A stretch of DNA of 64,000 bases. It comes from Cyanobacteria bacterium P01_H01_bin.105. GTDB taxonomy: Bacteria; Cyanobacteriota; Cyanobacteriia; Phormidesmidales; Phormidesmidaceae. The stretch covers positions 39,267 through 103,266 of the forward strand of contig JBCDFI010000001.1 in assembly GCA_039178155.1 (NCBI GenBank), read 5' to 3'. Every line of letters begins with the position of its first letter. The first letter of the stretch is position 1. The position numbers were made by a program, and so were the translations under genes. Positions 1-9,370 of this stretch are shown one piece after another. The notes under the pieces were generated by a model. It had not been told where the DNA came from. It saw only the letters and a program-made list of their open reading frames with translations, and did not search any database.

Positions 1-1003
1 CGACCCCAGCTGCCCGATTCACCCCAGTTCTTAGTCCCTCAAACTCACTTGAAAAGTACGAGCCAACTCGCTCTCTTGCTCGTCCAGGGTCGTTATAAAC
101 TCGAACATCCTCAAGAGACGCTACAACGAGATTCTCAATCTCGTTAGCCTTCTTAACCCAGAGTTTGGGCTGTAAAAGCTTATCCACAGCATCTGTGAAA
201 TCACCAATATCTTCAGCCAGCTCTTGGAGCCCGCCCCGATAGCCGAGAGCATCGGCCCCCACCATAAGAGCTTGCTTCCCTCGGCCATATGCAAATCGCC
301 CAAAGTCCTGCCCCATGGTGGAAGCAGATCTACCCGTCTTAGCTTCGGCATAATCTAAAGCGCCCTTGGTGAAATCAAACGAGACCTGTTGACCGACACC
401 CTCCAGGGCACCAGTAACAACGGATTCCATGACCCTAGCAGGCAGATTGAAAATCTTGTCTAAAAGAGTTTCCTTACTTGAGACATAGATGCTCTTCGAA
501 ATCTTGACGGGGAGTTCTTCATTGCTTTTGGTAGACCCGTGGACAGCCTTCGTGAGATTTCCGATGGCTGACACTAACTCTTGATTAGAAACAACAAGTC
601 CATCATTGGGCAAAGTCGTCGCATCAAAAGACCTGGAGGAATTCTGTTGTGGAGCAACCTTCAAGTCTAGTGTGCGTCGAGAATCTAGGTTTAGTAGGGT
701 GTCCTCTAACGTATTGAGTGCTGCCAAGTCGACTTTAGGTCTCAACGGTGCCCTATCGAACTTTTGCTGCACCTGATTGAAGTGGCGTTCTTTAAGGCTA
801 AGGTGGGCATTGAGCGCAGTCAGCTCTTGGTCATCTACATGAGGAACCAGTTTTAAGTCTTTTAGTGATACAGCATTCTTGAAAGCCTTCTCCACATCTC
901 GGGCAGCTTTAATACCTTCTTGCTTGTATATTTTCAAGTTAGCTGTATACTTGCTGGCATCAATACCCAGCTCTGCGATTAAGCTGCCAATTGTGGTAGA
1001 CAT
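1..1003 (-). CDS. Phage tail tape measure protein, N-terminal part (runs off the window edge)
   Basis: Not in the ORF track. ATG at 1003 with GGAGAG upstream; my translation begins MSTTIGSLIAELGIDASKYTANLKIYKQEGIKAARDVEKAFKN, a typical tape-measure N-terminus. Lies directly downstream of the tail chaperones. Confidence 0.8.
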   Translation of the reverse strand, partial: MSTTIGSLIAELGIDASKYTANLKIYKQEGIKAARDVEKAFKNAVSLKDLKLVPHVDDQELTALNAHLSLKERHFNQVQQKFDRAPLRPKVDLAALNTLEDTLLNLDSRRTLDLKVAPQQNSSRSFDATTLPNDGLVVSNQELVSAIGNLTKAVHGSTKSNEELPVKISKSIYVSSKETLLDKIFNLPARVMESVVTGALEGVGQQVSFDFTKGALDYAEAKTGRSASTMGQDFGRFAYGRGKQALMVGADALGYRGGLQELAEDIGDFTDAVDKLLQPKLWVKKANEIENLVVASLEDVRVYNDPGRARERVGSYFSSEFEGLRTGVNRAAGV

Positions 1004-1044
1004 ACTCTCCTAACCCCTTATACGTTAGCCTGGCCCCCACCAGT

Positions 1045-1079
1045 AAAGAAAAACCTCCCAAGTTGCGCACCTGAGAGGC
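1045..1079 (-). terminator. Intrinsic terminator upstream of the tape measure gene
   Basis: Minus strand GCCTCTCAGGT-GCGCA-ACTTGGGAGGT (11-bp stem with G.U pairs) followed by TTTTCTTT. Confidence 0.6.
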
Positions 1080-1140
1080 TCTCAATCAGGCGCAAACCGA
1101 TCGCCTAAACTCAACCTTGAACTTTTCTATGCAAGAACAC

Positions 1141-1449
1141 TTACTTGGAAGAAGCTTTCTTAGCATAACCCGCTGCTGACTTGCCTACAGACGAGTTACC
1201 TTTGCCTCCTGCCGCCCCTCCTAATGAGACTTTTACTTCTTCCATTTCCGTAACACCCCTCTGAGTTTTGTCCTCAATTTCTAATCGAGGAGCCAGCATT
1301 GTGATCTCAATTTTTGGCAGCTCCCCAGGCTCAACCTCAGGCAATTTTACTGAACGAATATTGGGGATTTCTTCAGCTCCAATCATCACACGGATATTAC
1401 CCGCGTAACCTTCTCCAAAAACTATTTTGACTGTCTTCTCCGGCATCAC
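1141..1449 (-). CDS. Small phage protein, paralog of 1446..1670
   Basis: Overlaps the stop of the upstream gene; aligns with it (VKIVFG/VKIIFG, PGELPKIEITMLAP/PGQLPLVTFQLHAP). Confidence 0.7.
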   Translation of the reverse strand: MMPEKTVKIVFGEGYAGNIRVMIGAEEIPNIRSVKLPEVEPGELPKIEITMLAPRLEIEDKTQRGVTEMEEVKVSLGGAAGGKGNSSVGKSAAGYAKKASSK

Positions 1450-1670
1450 TCTTCCTCACTAAAGTCGGTAGTCGTAATCTCTGTGTCTAGCTCACCTTCC
1501 ACTTGTAAATCCGGTGCATGTAACTGAAATGTAACGAGCGGCAATTGCCCTGGCAGCATGTTTGAAAACTGCATAGAAGCCACGTTTTGAAGCTCTCTAT
1601 CGCCAATAAAAATACGGGCGCATCCAGGCTGAGGGTCGCCAAAAATTATTTTTACTTTTTGCTTCGCCAC
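1446..1670 (-). CDS. Small phage protein, paralog of 1141..1449
   Basis: Part of the tail operon; clear similarity to its neighbour. Confidence 0.7.
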   Translation of the reverse strand: MAKQKVKIIFGDPQPGCARIFIGDRELQNVASMQFSNMLPGQLPLVTFQLHAPDLQVEGELDTEITTTDFSEEE

Positions 1671-2116
1671 TTACTCACCTCTTCTAGATGTTGAACGTAA
1701 TGTTGAATACGAGGAGGCATTCGCCGCTCATCAATAATCTTGGCCAACAATTTAGCGGTTTTGACGGTTAAAACTCGCTTATTTTCTTCCTCCTCAGACC
1801 GCTCGGGAAATGGAATCAAGTTAGCAGGATCGACCGGTTCAGTATCTTCACCTTTGAACCCATTAAAGAGCCCTGCCCATCCTATTGCTTCCGTTCTTGC
1901 TCGATAATTGACCTCCCTCCTGTGATACTTTTCAAACTTTTCTAACGTTTGGAAGATCAACCAACTGGGCTGGTTGCCAAAACTTTCGGGGCCGAACCGT
2001 TCATCTCGGACGCCAAGCCATTGGAGTCTGTGGTAGATGTCTCCCCAGTCGATACAGGGGTCTGAGATGGCTTGTTCGAGACTGGACTCAAGGTCTTGTT
2101 CAGAGATGCGTTTCCC
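1652..2116 (-). CDS. Tail assembly chaperone T segment (gpGT-like), reached by -1 frameshift
   Basis: The -1 frame is open from GGGAAAC (GKRISEQDLESSLEQAISDPCIDWGDIYHRLQWLG...) straight into ORF 1652..1960, which has only a TTG start. Confidence 0.8.
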   Translation of the reverse strand, partial: GKRISEQDLESSLEQAISDPCIDWGDIYHRLQWLGVRDERFGPESFGNQPSWLIFQTLEKFEKYHRREVNYRARTEAIGWAGLFNGFKGEDTEPVDPANLIPFPERSEEEENKRVLTVKTAKLLAKIIDERRMPPRIQHYVQHLEEVSKWRSKK

Positions 2117-2922
2117 TCAGACTCCTCGCCATCGGACGATTCATCCAAATCCGCCACGATGCCTGCCTCCTTCTGATAAAAATTAAAAAGCAAAGCAATC
2201 ATCTCTTCGGAGAGTGAATCCCGAGTATCTTGTTCGGACCATTCAGGATAACCAACTTGAAGTTTCCGTGTGCCAGGCTCACAAAGGAAACCGACTTCAC
2301 TCTCTTTGAGCTGGAATGGCAACTCATCTACAATAAGCGTTTCGCCTGATCCATAAGCAGGAATAAGCGTTTCATTGACTTCTGCAAACCGACTAGGGCC
2401 AAATTTAATAGACGTGTGGGCTTCGATCGAAACTTGAGGACTTTCAATGAAAATCTGTTTAGACCCTGCTACCACATTGCTAAGGGGCACAATGGGGTAG
2501 ACCACCCGATATCGCAGCATATAAGTGGCTGCACGAATGGCCAGGTTAGCCTTATCTTCTTGGAGATTAAATAGAAGTTCAGCCGTGTCTTCGTCAAGAT
2601 AATCGAACATTTGCTGCTCGTCATCTACGACTTCTACAGTGGTGAGACCGTCTTCTTCAGCCGATTTTTCAGGAGCTACAGCCCCCATCACTCGTTTACG
2701 CATCTCAGCGATAGGCACCCCTTCCTCGCGAGCCAATTCTTTGATCCGCTGAGTGAGTTTAAGCAGAAATTTCTGCTGTTTCTTTTGTTGCGCCTGAAAA
2801 TCGCTAGGGTTCTCATTGGGAGTAACCCCATGACGTTTTACGAGATAGAGCAAGCCAGTGTTTTCATTACCAACTATTTCAATCTCTTCAGCTGGTTTAG
2901 CAACGAACGGGAGCAGTTTCAT
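1957..2922 (-). CDS. Tail assembly chaperone (gpG-like)
   Basis: Lies between tail tube and tape measure; acidic; slippery site followed by a low-complexity S/T tail. Confidence 0.75.
   Translation of the reverse strand: MKLLPFVAKPAEEIEIVGNENTGLLYLVKRHGVTPNENPSDFQAQQKKQQKFLLKLTQRIKELAREEGVPIAEMRKRVMGAVAPEKSAEEDGLTTVEVVDDEQQMFDYLDEDTAELLFNLQEDKANLAIRAATYMLRYRVVYPIVPLSNVVAGSKQIFIESPQVSIEAHTSIKFGPSRFAEVNETLIPAYGSGETLIVDELPFQLKESEVGFLCEPGTRKLQVGYPEWSEQDTRDSLSEEMIALLFNFYQKEAGIVADLDESSDGEESEGNASLNKTLSPVSNKPSQTPVSTGETSTTDSNGLASEMNGSAPKVLATSPVG
2110..2116 (-). other. Programmed -1 ribosomal frameshift site G GGA AAC
   Basis: X XXY YYZ heptamer in the correct register (GAG GGA AAC); compare lambda G/GT GGGAAAG. 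Confidence 0.8.
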
Positions 2923-2955
2923 GGCAGTTGATTGAGAGGTGGTTAATTGAAGGTC

Positions 2956-3222
2956 TTAAGAAATGCGTTTCAAGATAATGGGGGAGTCAAAATCCCCTAA
3001 GACGACCACATGATGAGAATTTTTAACCTCCTTAGGAGTAAAAACTTGGGCTATCTTCACCAGGTCAGTCTCATCACGCAACGGATACGAAATAGGAGTG
3101 TTTGCTTCGAAAAACCCAAACCCCGCCCGAACTTCAGTGGGTGTTACGACACAGTTGACCAAAAATATGATCGAGCCGTACCGTAACACCTCGTAATGAT
3201 GAGTAGCAGAACCTGGTGACAT
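2956..3222 (-). CDS. Hypothetical phage protein
   Basis: Fills the gap between tail tube and chaperone on the operon strand. Confidence 0.5.
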   Translation of the reverse strand: MSPGSATHHYEVLRYGSIIFLVNCVVTPTEVRAGFGFFEANTPISYPLRDETDLVKIAQVFTPKEVKNSHHVVVLGDFDSPIILKRIS

Positions 3223-3237
3223 AAATCGAGAAGGCTC

Positions 3238-4254
3238 TTACACAGCCAAGCCCGGTGGAACATACTCGCCGGTAAGCAGGTTGTAATCGCCATCTGTCGG
3301 GGTGTAACGGAAAGAGCCCCCCTGGAATTGGAGATTTGCCGTGATTGAGACGATATCCTGTACAGGCGAAGACTGGTCGCCCTGGGTCATGATGCAAGCA
3401 CCTTCGTATTGCTCGGGCTGAATCTTGAAACCTGCGTTACGTCGCAAGATTGCGTAGATCTCTCTATCAAAATTTTGATCGATATAGAGCATCTGTTTCA
3501 AGATAGAGGAGCCGGGGTCCCCTTCCACGTCCTGGAACGTGAAATTCAATGTTCGGTTGGTGCCTGTAACCAGGCCTGCGTAGCCTGCCCCATCCGCAAA
3601 TGTGGTCGCGTCTACCACTTTGGGTTGAGACGCTGGAGAGGCATCTGTAGCTCCTGCGATCGCAATCGTCGCGAATGTGCTGGCAATATCTCCGTCATCA
3701 ATGTCTGCGGGTGAGGGCAGAATTTCCAAAACAGTGGCACCAATAGGTGCATACGTGGCCACCGTAACCTTGACGTTATCGCCTGCAGCATCAAAGAAAA
3801 GTTCTTCGCCTGGGAAAATGGCCTGTGGCAAAGGTTCAATGGATAAGTATTCGGAGCCTGCCGCGATCGTGCCATGATTATAGACGCCAGCAGTAGATGC
3901 GGGTATTGCCGTCCCACCGCCTGTTGGCTCACCCGTTAACGGGTCCTTAACTGGTTCAACAGCAAGCGTGGCCGAAGCGGCGGCTGCAGATGTCAGACGT
4001 ACATTTACACCGTTTGCAAACGCAATTTTGGCTCTATTGGGCAGAGTGACAGGCGCGGAAAGCGTAACCGAAGTGGCCCCCGCTAGGACAGGCGCACCTG
4101 AATCCAGGGCAATACCGGTAACAGGAGTTTGGGCTGCTTCGGCAGTGATGGTGTACGTGGTGGGAACACGACTGTTGGGTGGTAACAACTGGAAGCGAAG
4201 CGTGGTTAATACGGACGTCCGCTTTTTAACAGGATAGTCAATAGCTGTTGGCAT
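3238..4254 (-). CDS. Major tail (tube) protein with inserted beta-rich domains
   Basis: Position after the neck genes; tube-like C-terminal half (GATDASPASQPKVVDATTFAD...RTLNFTF...SITANLQFQG); RBS GAGGTG. Confidence 0.75.
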   Translation of the reverse strand: MPTAIDYPVKKRTSVLTTLRFQLLPPNSRVPTTYTITAEAAQTPVTGIALDSGAPVLAGATSVTLSAPVTLPNRAKIAFANGVNVRLTSAAAASATLAVEPVKDPLTGEPTGGGTAIPASTAGVYNHGTIAAGSEYLSIEPLPQAIFPGEELFFDAAGDNVKVTVATYAPIGATVLEILPSPADIDDGDIASTFATIAIAGATDASPASQPKVVDATTFADGAGYAGLVTGTNRTLNFTFQDVEGDPGSSILKQMLYIDQNFDREIYAILRRNAGFKIQPEQYEGACIMTQGDQSSPVQDIVSITANLQFQGGSFRYTPTDGDYNLLTGEYVPPGLAV

Positions 4255-4269
4255 TCTTCATCACCTCAC

Positions 4270-4701
4270 TTAATATTGGTGGATTAAATTCACGATGCGA
4301 GATGACTCCAACAGATATCTCACCTGTGGTAGTACATCTTCAGACGTGTCAAGCATGATTTCTCGCATTTGAGAAAACGCCTGACGCATTTTTGCGATCG
4401 CACGGTCGTAAGGGATAAGCCCTTCAGCTGACCGGTCATAGGCGCGGATCACAACTTTCCAATCAAACCGTTGACACGATTGAGGAACCGAGTAGACCGG
4501 TGACTGGGAAAGATTTTGCTCATGGCGAGCGATGATGCAGGCGACACCTGAAATGGTTTGTCGCTCAGCAAGAAAGGGGGGCTCAACCCAAATAGCCGGG
4601 GAACCGGTAGATGAAAATATGCCAAGGTCTGGAGCGAGGAGATCTGCAAGGTAATTTCGAAGGGCAAGAACCGAGTCTCTGGCCAGGATAGGGCTACTCA
4701 T
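4270..4701 (-). CDS. Putative tail terminator/completion protein
   Basis: About 143 aa from ATG 4701; sits directly upstream of the tail tube gene (synteny). Confidence 0.55.
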   Translation of the reverse strand: MSSPILARDSVLALRNYLADLLAPDLGIFSSTGSPAIWVEPPFLAERQTISGVACIIARHEQNLSQSPVYSVPQSCQRFDWKVVIRAYDRSAEGLIPYDRAIAKMRQAFSQMREIMLDTSEDVLPQVRYLLESSRIVNLIHQY

Positions 4702-5101
4702 GAGTGAAGCCCTCCTGATACTCAATAGTGAGTGAGCGGTAAAGCTCATCTAAATCACGAATATCGCGAGCACCCGGAGGGATAACTTCACCGTTATATC
4801 GAAGAGTCGTAACCGGCCAATACCAGACTGGGGCTGACATGGCATCACGACAGGCACTCTCAAAAGCATCAACCATACTCTGAAAGGCAACCTGTAAATT
4901 CTGAGTGGTGCTAAAAGCTGCCGTGAAAACTCGCTCAAAGTCCGTTTGAGCGATCGCATAATCGGTCCAGGGTCTCCCTGGGTAGATCATGCCGCCCCCT
5001 TCAGCTCCTTCATGAACCAAGGCGGCATACTCTGTAGCCCATTCCATCTTGGCAACGGGCCTCTCAATAGTGGGCGGGTTCCAGTTATCCCATCGAGCCA
5101 T
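4694..5101 (-). CDS. Neck/tail-completion protein (HK97 gp10-like)
   Basis: EYAALVHEG...YPGRPW motif; synteny. Confidence 0.65.
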   Translation of the reverse strand: MARWDNWNPPTIERPVAKMEWATEYAALVHEGAEGGGMIYPGRPWTDYAIAQTDFERVFTAAFSTTQNLQVAFQSMVDAFESACRDAMSAPVWYWPVTTLRYNGEVIPPGARDIRDLDELYRSLTIEYQEGFTHE

Positions 5102-5481
5102 TACTTCCCACCCCCCTCTGTTTGAAAGGAGCCCTGAATAGGGATGCCAAGCTCAGCGATTACCTGCTCCCGGTAGGGGGTATTTCGTTCAGTGAAATGG
5201 AACGTCCCAGCCTGACCATTAACGGTACAGGGGGTACGACCTTCATAAGGGGGGTCTCCAGGTGGGGTATCCAAGAGGTATCCGCGCATTTGTCGCCCCG
5301 TGGTATTAAAGCCGAGTTGCTCCTCCTGATTGGCGCGATTTCCCGTTTCGGTGAGCACAGCAGCAATCTCAACAGGAGTCGTCACAGCCACAACATTGCC
5401 GGTGGCCGGGTCTGTCTCAGTGCCCTGGCCAATCTGTTGGAAGATGAGCGTAGCGTTGGCAGTAGGCGTTTGGATTATCAT
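5101..5481 (-). CDS. Putative head-closure protein
   Basis: Size, synteny and a TDPATGN beta-hairpin-like motif. Confidence 0.55.
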   Translation of the reverse strand: MIIQTPTANATLIFQQIGQGTETDPATGNVVAVTTPVEIAAVLTETGNRANQEEQLGFNTTGRQMRGYLLDTPPGDPPYEGRTPCTVNGQAGTFHFTERNTPYREQVIAELGIPIQGSFQTEGGGK

Positions 5482-6212
5482 GTGGTGAACTCCCTGGCAC
5501 GGTACTGCCGAAGAATAGCCAGGTAATCTGACATCAGAGTGGAGCCCTGACTTGTCGCAGTGAGCTGAGCCACATCCGCCCCAGTCGTAGTGGAGTAGAA
5601 ATCAGTCAGGGTGTGCTGTTTGATGCCTGAAGCCAAAGGTGATTGCTGAAGCGAAAGAATGCTCGCCACAGCCATCTTGATCTGGACTGCCTCCTCAGAG
5701 AGTGGATTAGCTTGGAAATCAAATCCAGCCGTGTAGGTGACCCGGACCTGGGGTTGGTACGCTTGACGAGTGGCCACAGCACTACGACTGCGATAACCGC
5801 TGATGCCGGGATGGTTGAGGCCTCTGCCAGCCAAAGTAGAGAAGGTGTTTTCAGCATGGCCAATGAGACCATGGATGGAGACCTCCCCCAGTTCCAGGTC
5901 TCGCGTATATTCGGACTCCTCGATGGCCACCCAGTCATTGGAGTGGGAATGGACAGTCCGATTAGTGGCGTAGTAACGAGTCTCGACAATGAAATCCGCG
6001 TCAGGGTCAATCGGCCAGCGAGTAAGTCTCGCAATGCCGTTACCACCCACTCGTGGAGTCTCCGTGAAAGGTTGCTTCGAGAGGGAACGTTGAGAACCCT
6101 GTGGTCCTTGAGCCAGCATCTCAGCTTTCCAGATCACAGCTTGTAACGCACCGGGGTCGAGGTCCAACTCCGGTGTGTAAATTGCTAAATCTTGTGCGCT
6201 GAGAATGGCCAT
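5478..6212 (-). CDS. Head-tail adaptor (connector) protein
   Basis: VRVTYTAGF...QIKMAV...ILRQYR pattern typical of connector proteins. Confidence 0.7.
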   Translation of the reverse strand: MAILSAQDLAIYTPELDLDPGALQAVIWKAEMLAQGPQGSQRSLSKQPFTETPRVGGNGIARLTRWPIDPDADFIVETRYYATNRTVHSHSNDWVAIEESEYTRDLELGEVSIHGLIGHAENTFSTLAGRGLNHPGISGYRSRSAVATRQAYQPQVRVTYTAGFDFQANPLSEEAVQIKMAVASILSLQQSPLASGIKQHTLTDFYSTTTGADVAQLTATSQGSTLMSDYLAILRQYRAREFTT

Positions 6213-6228
6213 TAGGGAAAGAGGAACG

Positions 6229-6642
6229 TTAGCGAGAAGTTACGTCGTCATAAGCACCCGCCCATTTGAGGTGGACTGCCAATTTGCCTGCCGTGAGGGC
6301 AGCGGTTGCAATGGTGAGTTGAAGATTACGTTCCGCTGTCAGTTTGAATGCGGCAGCTTGCTCCTTGGCCACAACGATTCCTGCGACCGATGCGATCGCA
6401 GTAGCCGCCAAAAGGTCGGTGGTCGTGTTCAGGCCGAGGGCGATCGTGGCTGATCCTGCTGATGTCGGGTCGGTGAGCACGTCCACAATGCACTCAGTGA
6501 TGATGGCGTTGTCGGGAACTACCAGGGGCATTTGAATGGTGCCGACTGCACCACCGTGAATGGAGAAGTCATAGATATCTCGAGCGCAGCCACCAAGATT
6601 GTCGATGAGATGTCGTTGAGGGACGTAAACGTTCTGTACCAT
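6229..6642 (-). CDS. Putative capsid decoration/minor structural protein
   Basis: Ala/Thr/Val-rich beta protein (VPDNAIIT...ALTAGKLAVHL) shortly after the capsid gene. Confidence 0.5.
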   Translation of the reverse strand: MVQNVYVPQRHLIDNLGGCARDIYDFSIHGGAVGTIQMPLVVPDNAIITECIVDVLTDPTSAGSATIALGLNTTTDLLAATAIASVAGIVVAKEQAAAFKLTAERNLQLTIATAALTAGKLAVHLKWAGAYDDVTSR

Positions 6643-6944
6643 TACTCAGGAGCCTCCGTAGTCAAGGGCGGGTGATTGTGGGCATTAGGGCAAAAGAGTT
6701 GCTGATCAAGGTCTAATCGAGCTTCAGTTCCACAAACCGTACAAATGGTCTGTCGTCCTTCACGAGCGAACTTTGCGGGTTGGAGTTGAACTTCGGGCTC
6801 AGGCGATGCAGGAGAGGCGGATGTGTTAGAAGCGGAGATACTCGAATTGCCAGGTTCCACCACTTCTGATGCTGGAGTAACGGAATCAGGTTTCTCCTCG
6901 GGTCTAGAAGCATTGGAGCTGGGAATAGTCTTCCTTCTTGGCAT
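6642..6944 (-). CDS. Hypothetical protein with a possible Zn ribbon
   Basis: CTVC...CPNAHNH after a disordered N-terminus; translationally coupled to the next gene. Confidence 0.55.
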   Translation of the reverse strand: MPRRKTIPSSNASRPEEKPDSVTPASEVVEPGNSSISASNTSASPASPEPEVQLQPAKFAREGRQTICTVCGTEARLDLDQQLFCPNAHNHPPLTTEAPE

Positions 6945-6955
6945 ATCTAACCCCC

Positions 6956-8929
6956 CTAAGCAACCGCTTCATCCGCTGTACGAATCTTGACAACCCGTAG
7001 CTCCTGAGGAACCTCAGAGGTGTCACCGTACCCGGTCGGGTCTACATCAAGGGGCGCATGGCCCTCGTAACAATGCCAGATAGCTCGTTCATTACGACCA
7101 AAGTCGGTTTTTTCGTCGTACAGGATTTGGACCCCAGCACCGCCAATACCTCGGCCTGCTGTCGCTCCTCCAAAGGCATAGCCCTGACGAAACGTAGTTG
7201 TGTCAGATGCACCGTCTGTCTCTTGCGCTACGCCTTCTTTGCCAGGCTGATCGTAGTTAGTGGTTAAACCACTATTGGCCACACCAAAGGCATTAGTGGT
7301 CCAAATATGGAATTGCTCATACTTGCCCATGTACCCTTCAATCTGGAGGTTTTCTCCACTGGGGTACTGAGACATCATCATGTTAGTGAGTTCAGCCACA
7401 TCCTCTTTAGTCGGTGGCTCCCACTCGTCAGCCAGGCTTTCTTTAAGCTGCTCGATCTGACGAGGAACAAGCACAAGACCATAGCAGCCATCGGGAAGAG
7501 GAACAATCCGCTGCTCATGGAACCAAGTATGGAGTTTGCGGAGGAATTTACGAGTGCATAAGCCTCCAGTGGCGACTTCAGCAGCGGAGGTGACTAATGT
7601 GCCCTCCGCACCATTGTGATAGAAGACTGCCGTGGTGGGTTTCCACTGCTCCCGAATGATGAGGTCCTCGAAATTATAGAAATCAAAGAACAGATCCCTC
7701 TCTAAGATCGGCATGAGGGAGATCATCGAGTAGGCTTCGACAAAGGTGGGAATGGCTAGAGGAGGTGCCTCTGGTCGGCCTCGGCCATACTCTTGAAGCT
7801 GGAGCTGAACGAACCCAGTCTGGACTGGAGCATTCGAGCTATCAATGGGGATGTAGGTACCAGACCCTGAGAGTAAACGTTGATTGGAGTCAGTGAGGAT
7901 ATCCGGGTAGCGTGACCGAGGAATATCAACCCGCTCACCCAGTCCACGATCAAACCGATGAATCGTGACCGCAAATTGCCAGAAGATTAGTCCTGGCCTA
8001 GCACTCACCCGCATGATGGAAGACAGGGTATCTAAGAAACCGCCAGGGATGTTACCTCCCGTAGTGGCTGCTTTAGCCTGCTCAGGAGTCATGGCCGCTG
8101 ACCCCCGGAATAGGCCATTCTTCTTGCCAAGTTCCGTCAGTTCACCCATCAGGGTGCGATACCCCTGGGAGTATTTCTTGTTCCACCCGTGCTCAAGGGC
8201 GAACCTGTCAACTTTTGAAGAGTCGTAAACCGGAATGAGCCCACCTTTCTTGGTGGAACGGTACATCAAGCCAGACATATCCCGCTCTTGCAGATATTCA
8301 GCCAACATACCTGTGGGCACATCTGAGCGTGACGAGGTTTGAGTATTTACGTTGGGCATAGCGATAGGCGATTCTTCGCCTGACTGAGGTATAGCAGCTC
8401 GACCTAAAAGGCGGGTCAGATTTTCAACTGCTGTATTAGCAGCCTGGGCTTGCTCAACCTGCTGATTGGCAGAGACGAGTTGTTCCTCAAGGTCACGATT
8501 CCGAGCTTGAGATTCAGTGAGCTGTTGCTGAAGTGGTGCGATGTTTTGAGAGACAGCTTGTTGGACCAAGGACTGAAGAACTGCAGGGTCAAACTGAACA
8601 GAAGCAGGCTGAACAGAGGCAGGGGATTGTTCTTGAGATTCAGCTGGACTTTCTTGAGTCGCAGACTGGGCTTCAGTAGAACTGAGAGATTGTTCTTGAG
8701 GTACACTACCCCCTTCCTCGCCAGGTGTTTCAGCTCCTTGCTCACCAGCGGGAATAGTGGCATTTGCTGCCGGTGTCCGAGTTTGCGCGGAGTCTTGCAC
8801 ACGCAGAGATGCTGCAAAGCCTGTCCCCGCCGCTGCTGATTTATCTAAATTGACACCTAACTTGGCCTGATCTTCTGGGCTGACCGAAGTTAGATCTAAA
8901 ACTGTTTTGAGCGGGCGGTTCTTGGCCAT
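6956..8929 (-). CDS. Major capsid protein with fused N-terminal scaffold region
   Basis: 657 aa; Q/S/E-rich coiled-coil N-terminus, then a capsid-like domain (YGLVLVPRQIEQL, GYMGKYEQFHI, TDFGR); downstream of the protease. Confidence 0.75.
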   Translation of the reverse strand: MAKNRPLKTVLDLTSVSPEDQAKLGVNLDKSAAAGTGFAASLRVQDSAQTRTPAANATIPAGEQGAETPGEEGGSVPQEQSLSSTEAQSATQESPAESQEQSPASVQPASVQFDPAVLQSLVQQAVSQNIAPLQQQLTESQARNRDLEEQLVSANQQVEQAQAANTAVENLTRLLGRAAIPQSGEESPIAMPNVNTQTSSRSDVPTGMLAEYLQERDMSGLMYRSTKKGGLIPVYDSSKVDRFALEHGWNKKYSQGYRTLMGELTELGKKNGLFRGSAAMTPEQAKAATTGGNIPGGFLDTLSSIMRVSARPGLIFWQFAVTIHRFDRGLGERVDIPRSRYPDILTDSNQRLLSGSGTYIPIDSSNAPVQTGFVQLQLQEYGRGRPEAPPLAIPTFVEAYSMISLMPILERDLFFDFYNFEDLIIREQWKPTTAVFYHNGAEGTLVTSAAEVATGGLCTRKFLRKLHTWFHEQRIVPLPDGCYGLVLVPRQIEQLKESLADEWEPPTKEDVAELTNMMMSQYPSGENLQIEGYMGKYEQFHIWTTNAFGVANSGLTTNYDQPGKEGVAQETDGASDTTTFRQGYAFGGATAGRGIGGAGVQILYDEKTDFGRNERAIWHCYEGHAPLDVDPTGYGDTSEVPQELRVVKIRTADEAVA

Positions 8930-9028
8930 TCCCTAGGCTCTCCTTGGATCTACTCCCATCCAAGATAATCGTGACAGGAGAGAGATTTAGAAGATGCACG
9001 GAAAATGGGTGCAAGGCACTTATAATAG

Positions 9029-9370
9029 GTGCAAGTCTCGATTGTAATTTTACAAACTAATCCTGTGAATCTGAAAAAACTGCTTTGTGCAAATTTCAAA
9101 TCTGCTTTAGAAGAGCAGGATACGTCTACTACTAAACTATCTGAACTTACAGGGTGGCATAGGAATTTATGGATTGACCGCACGAATGGAACCACTGATA
9201 TCAAAGTGGAAGATCTGGTGGTCGCAGCTCAAGCTATGAAAATCAGTCCTTACTGGTTGGTATCACGGGTGATTGAGCAACCCCCGGTAGATGACAGATA
9301 CGCATTGATCCTGCAGGAATTACAACGGATTAACCAAGCGCTAACAGAAAAATCAAGCTCTCAAAATTGA
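9029..9370 (+). CDS. XRE-family HTH regulator, antisense within the head module
   Basis: STTKLSELTGWHRNLWIDRTNGTTDIKVEDLVVAAQAMKISPYWLV HTH pattern; start may be GTG 9065. Confidence 0.75.
   Translation: MQVSIVILQTNPVNLKKLLCANFKSALEEQDTSTTKLSELTGWHRNLWIDRTNGTTDIKVEDLVVAAQAMKISPYWLVSRVIEQPPVDDRYALILQELQRINQALTEKSSSQN

Noticed and set aside
1080-1115. c-di-GMP-I riboswitch suggested by GCAAACC
   Set aside because: The remaining consensus elements are missing and the motif is antisense to the operon.
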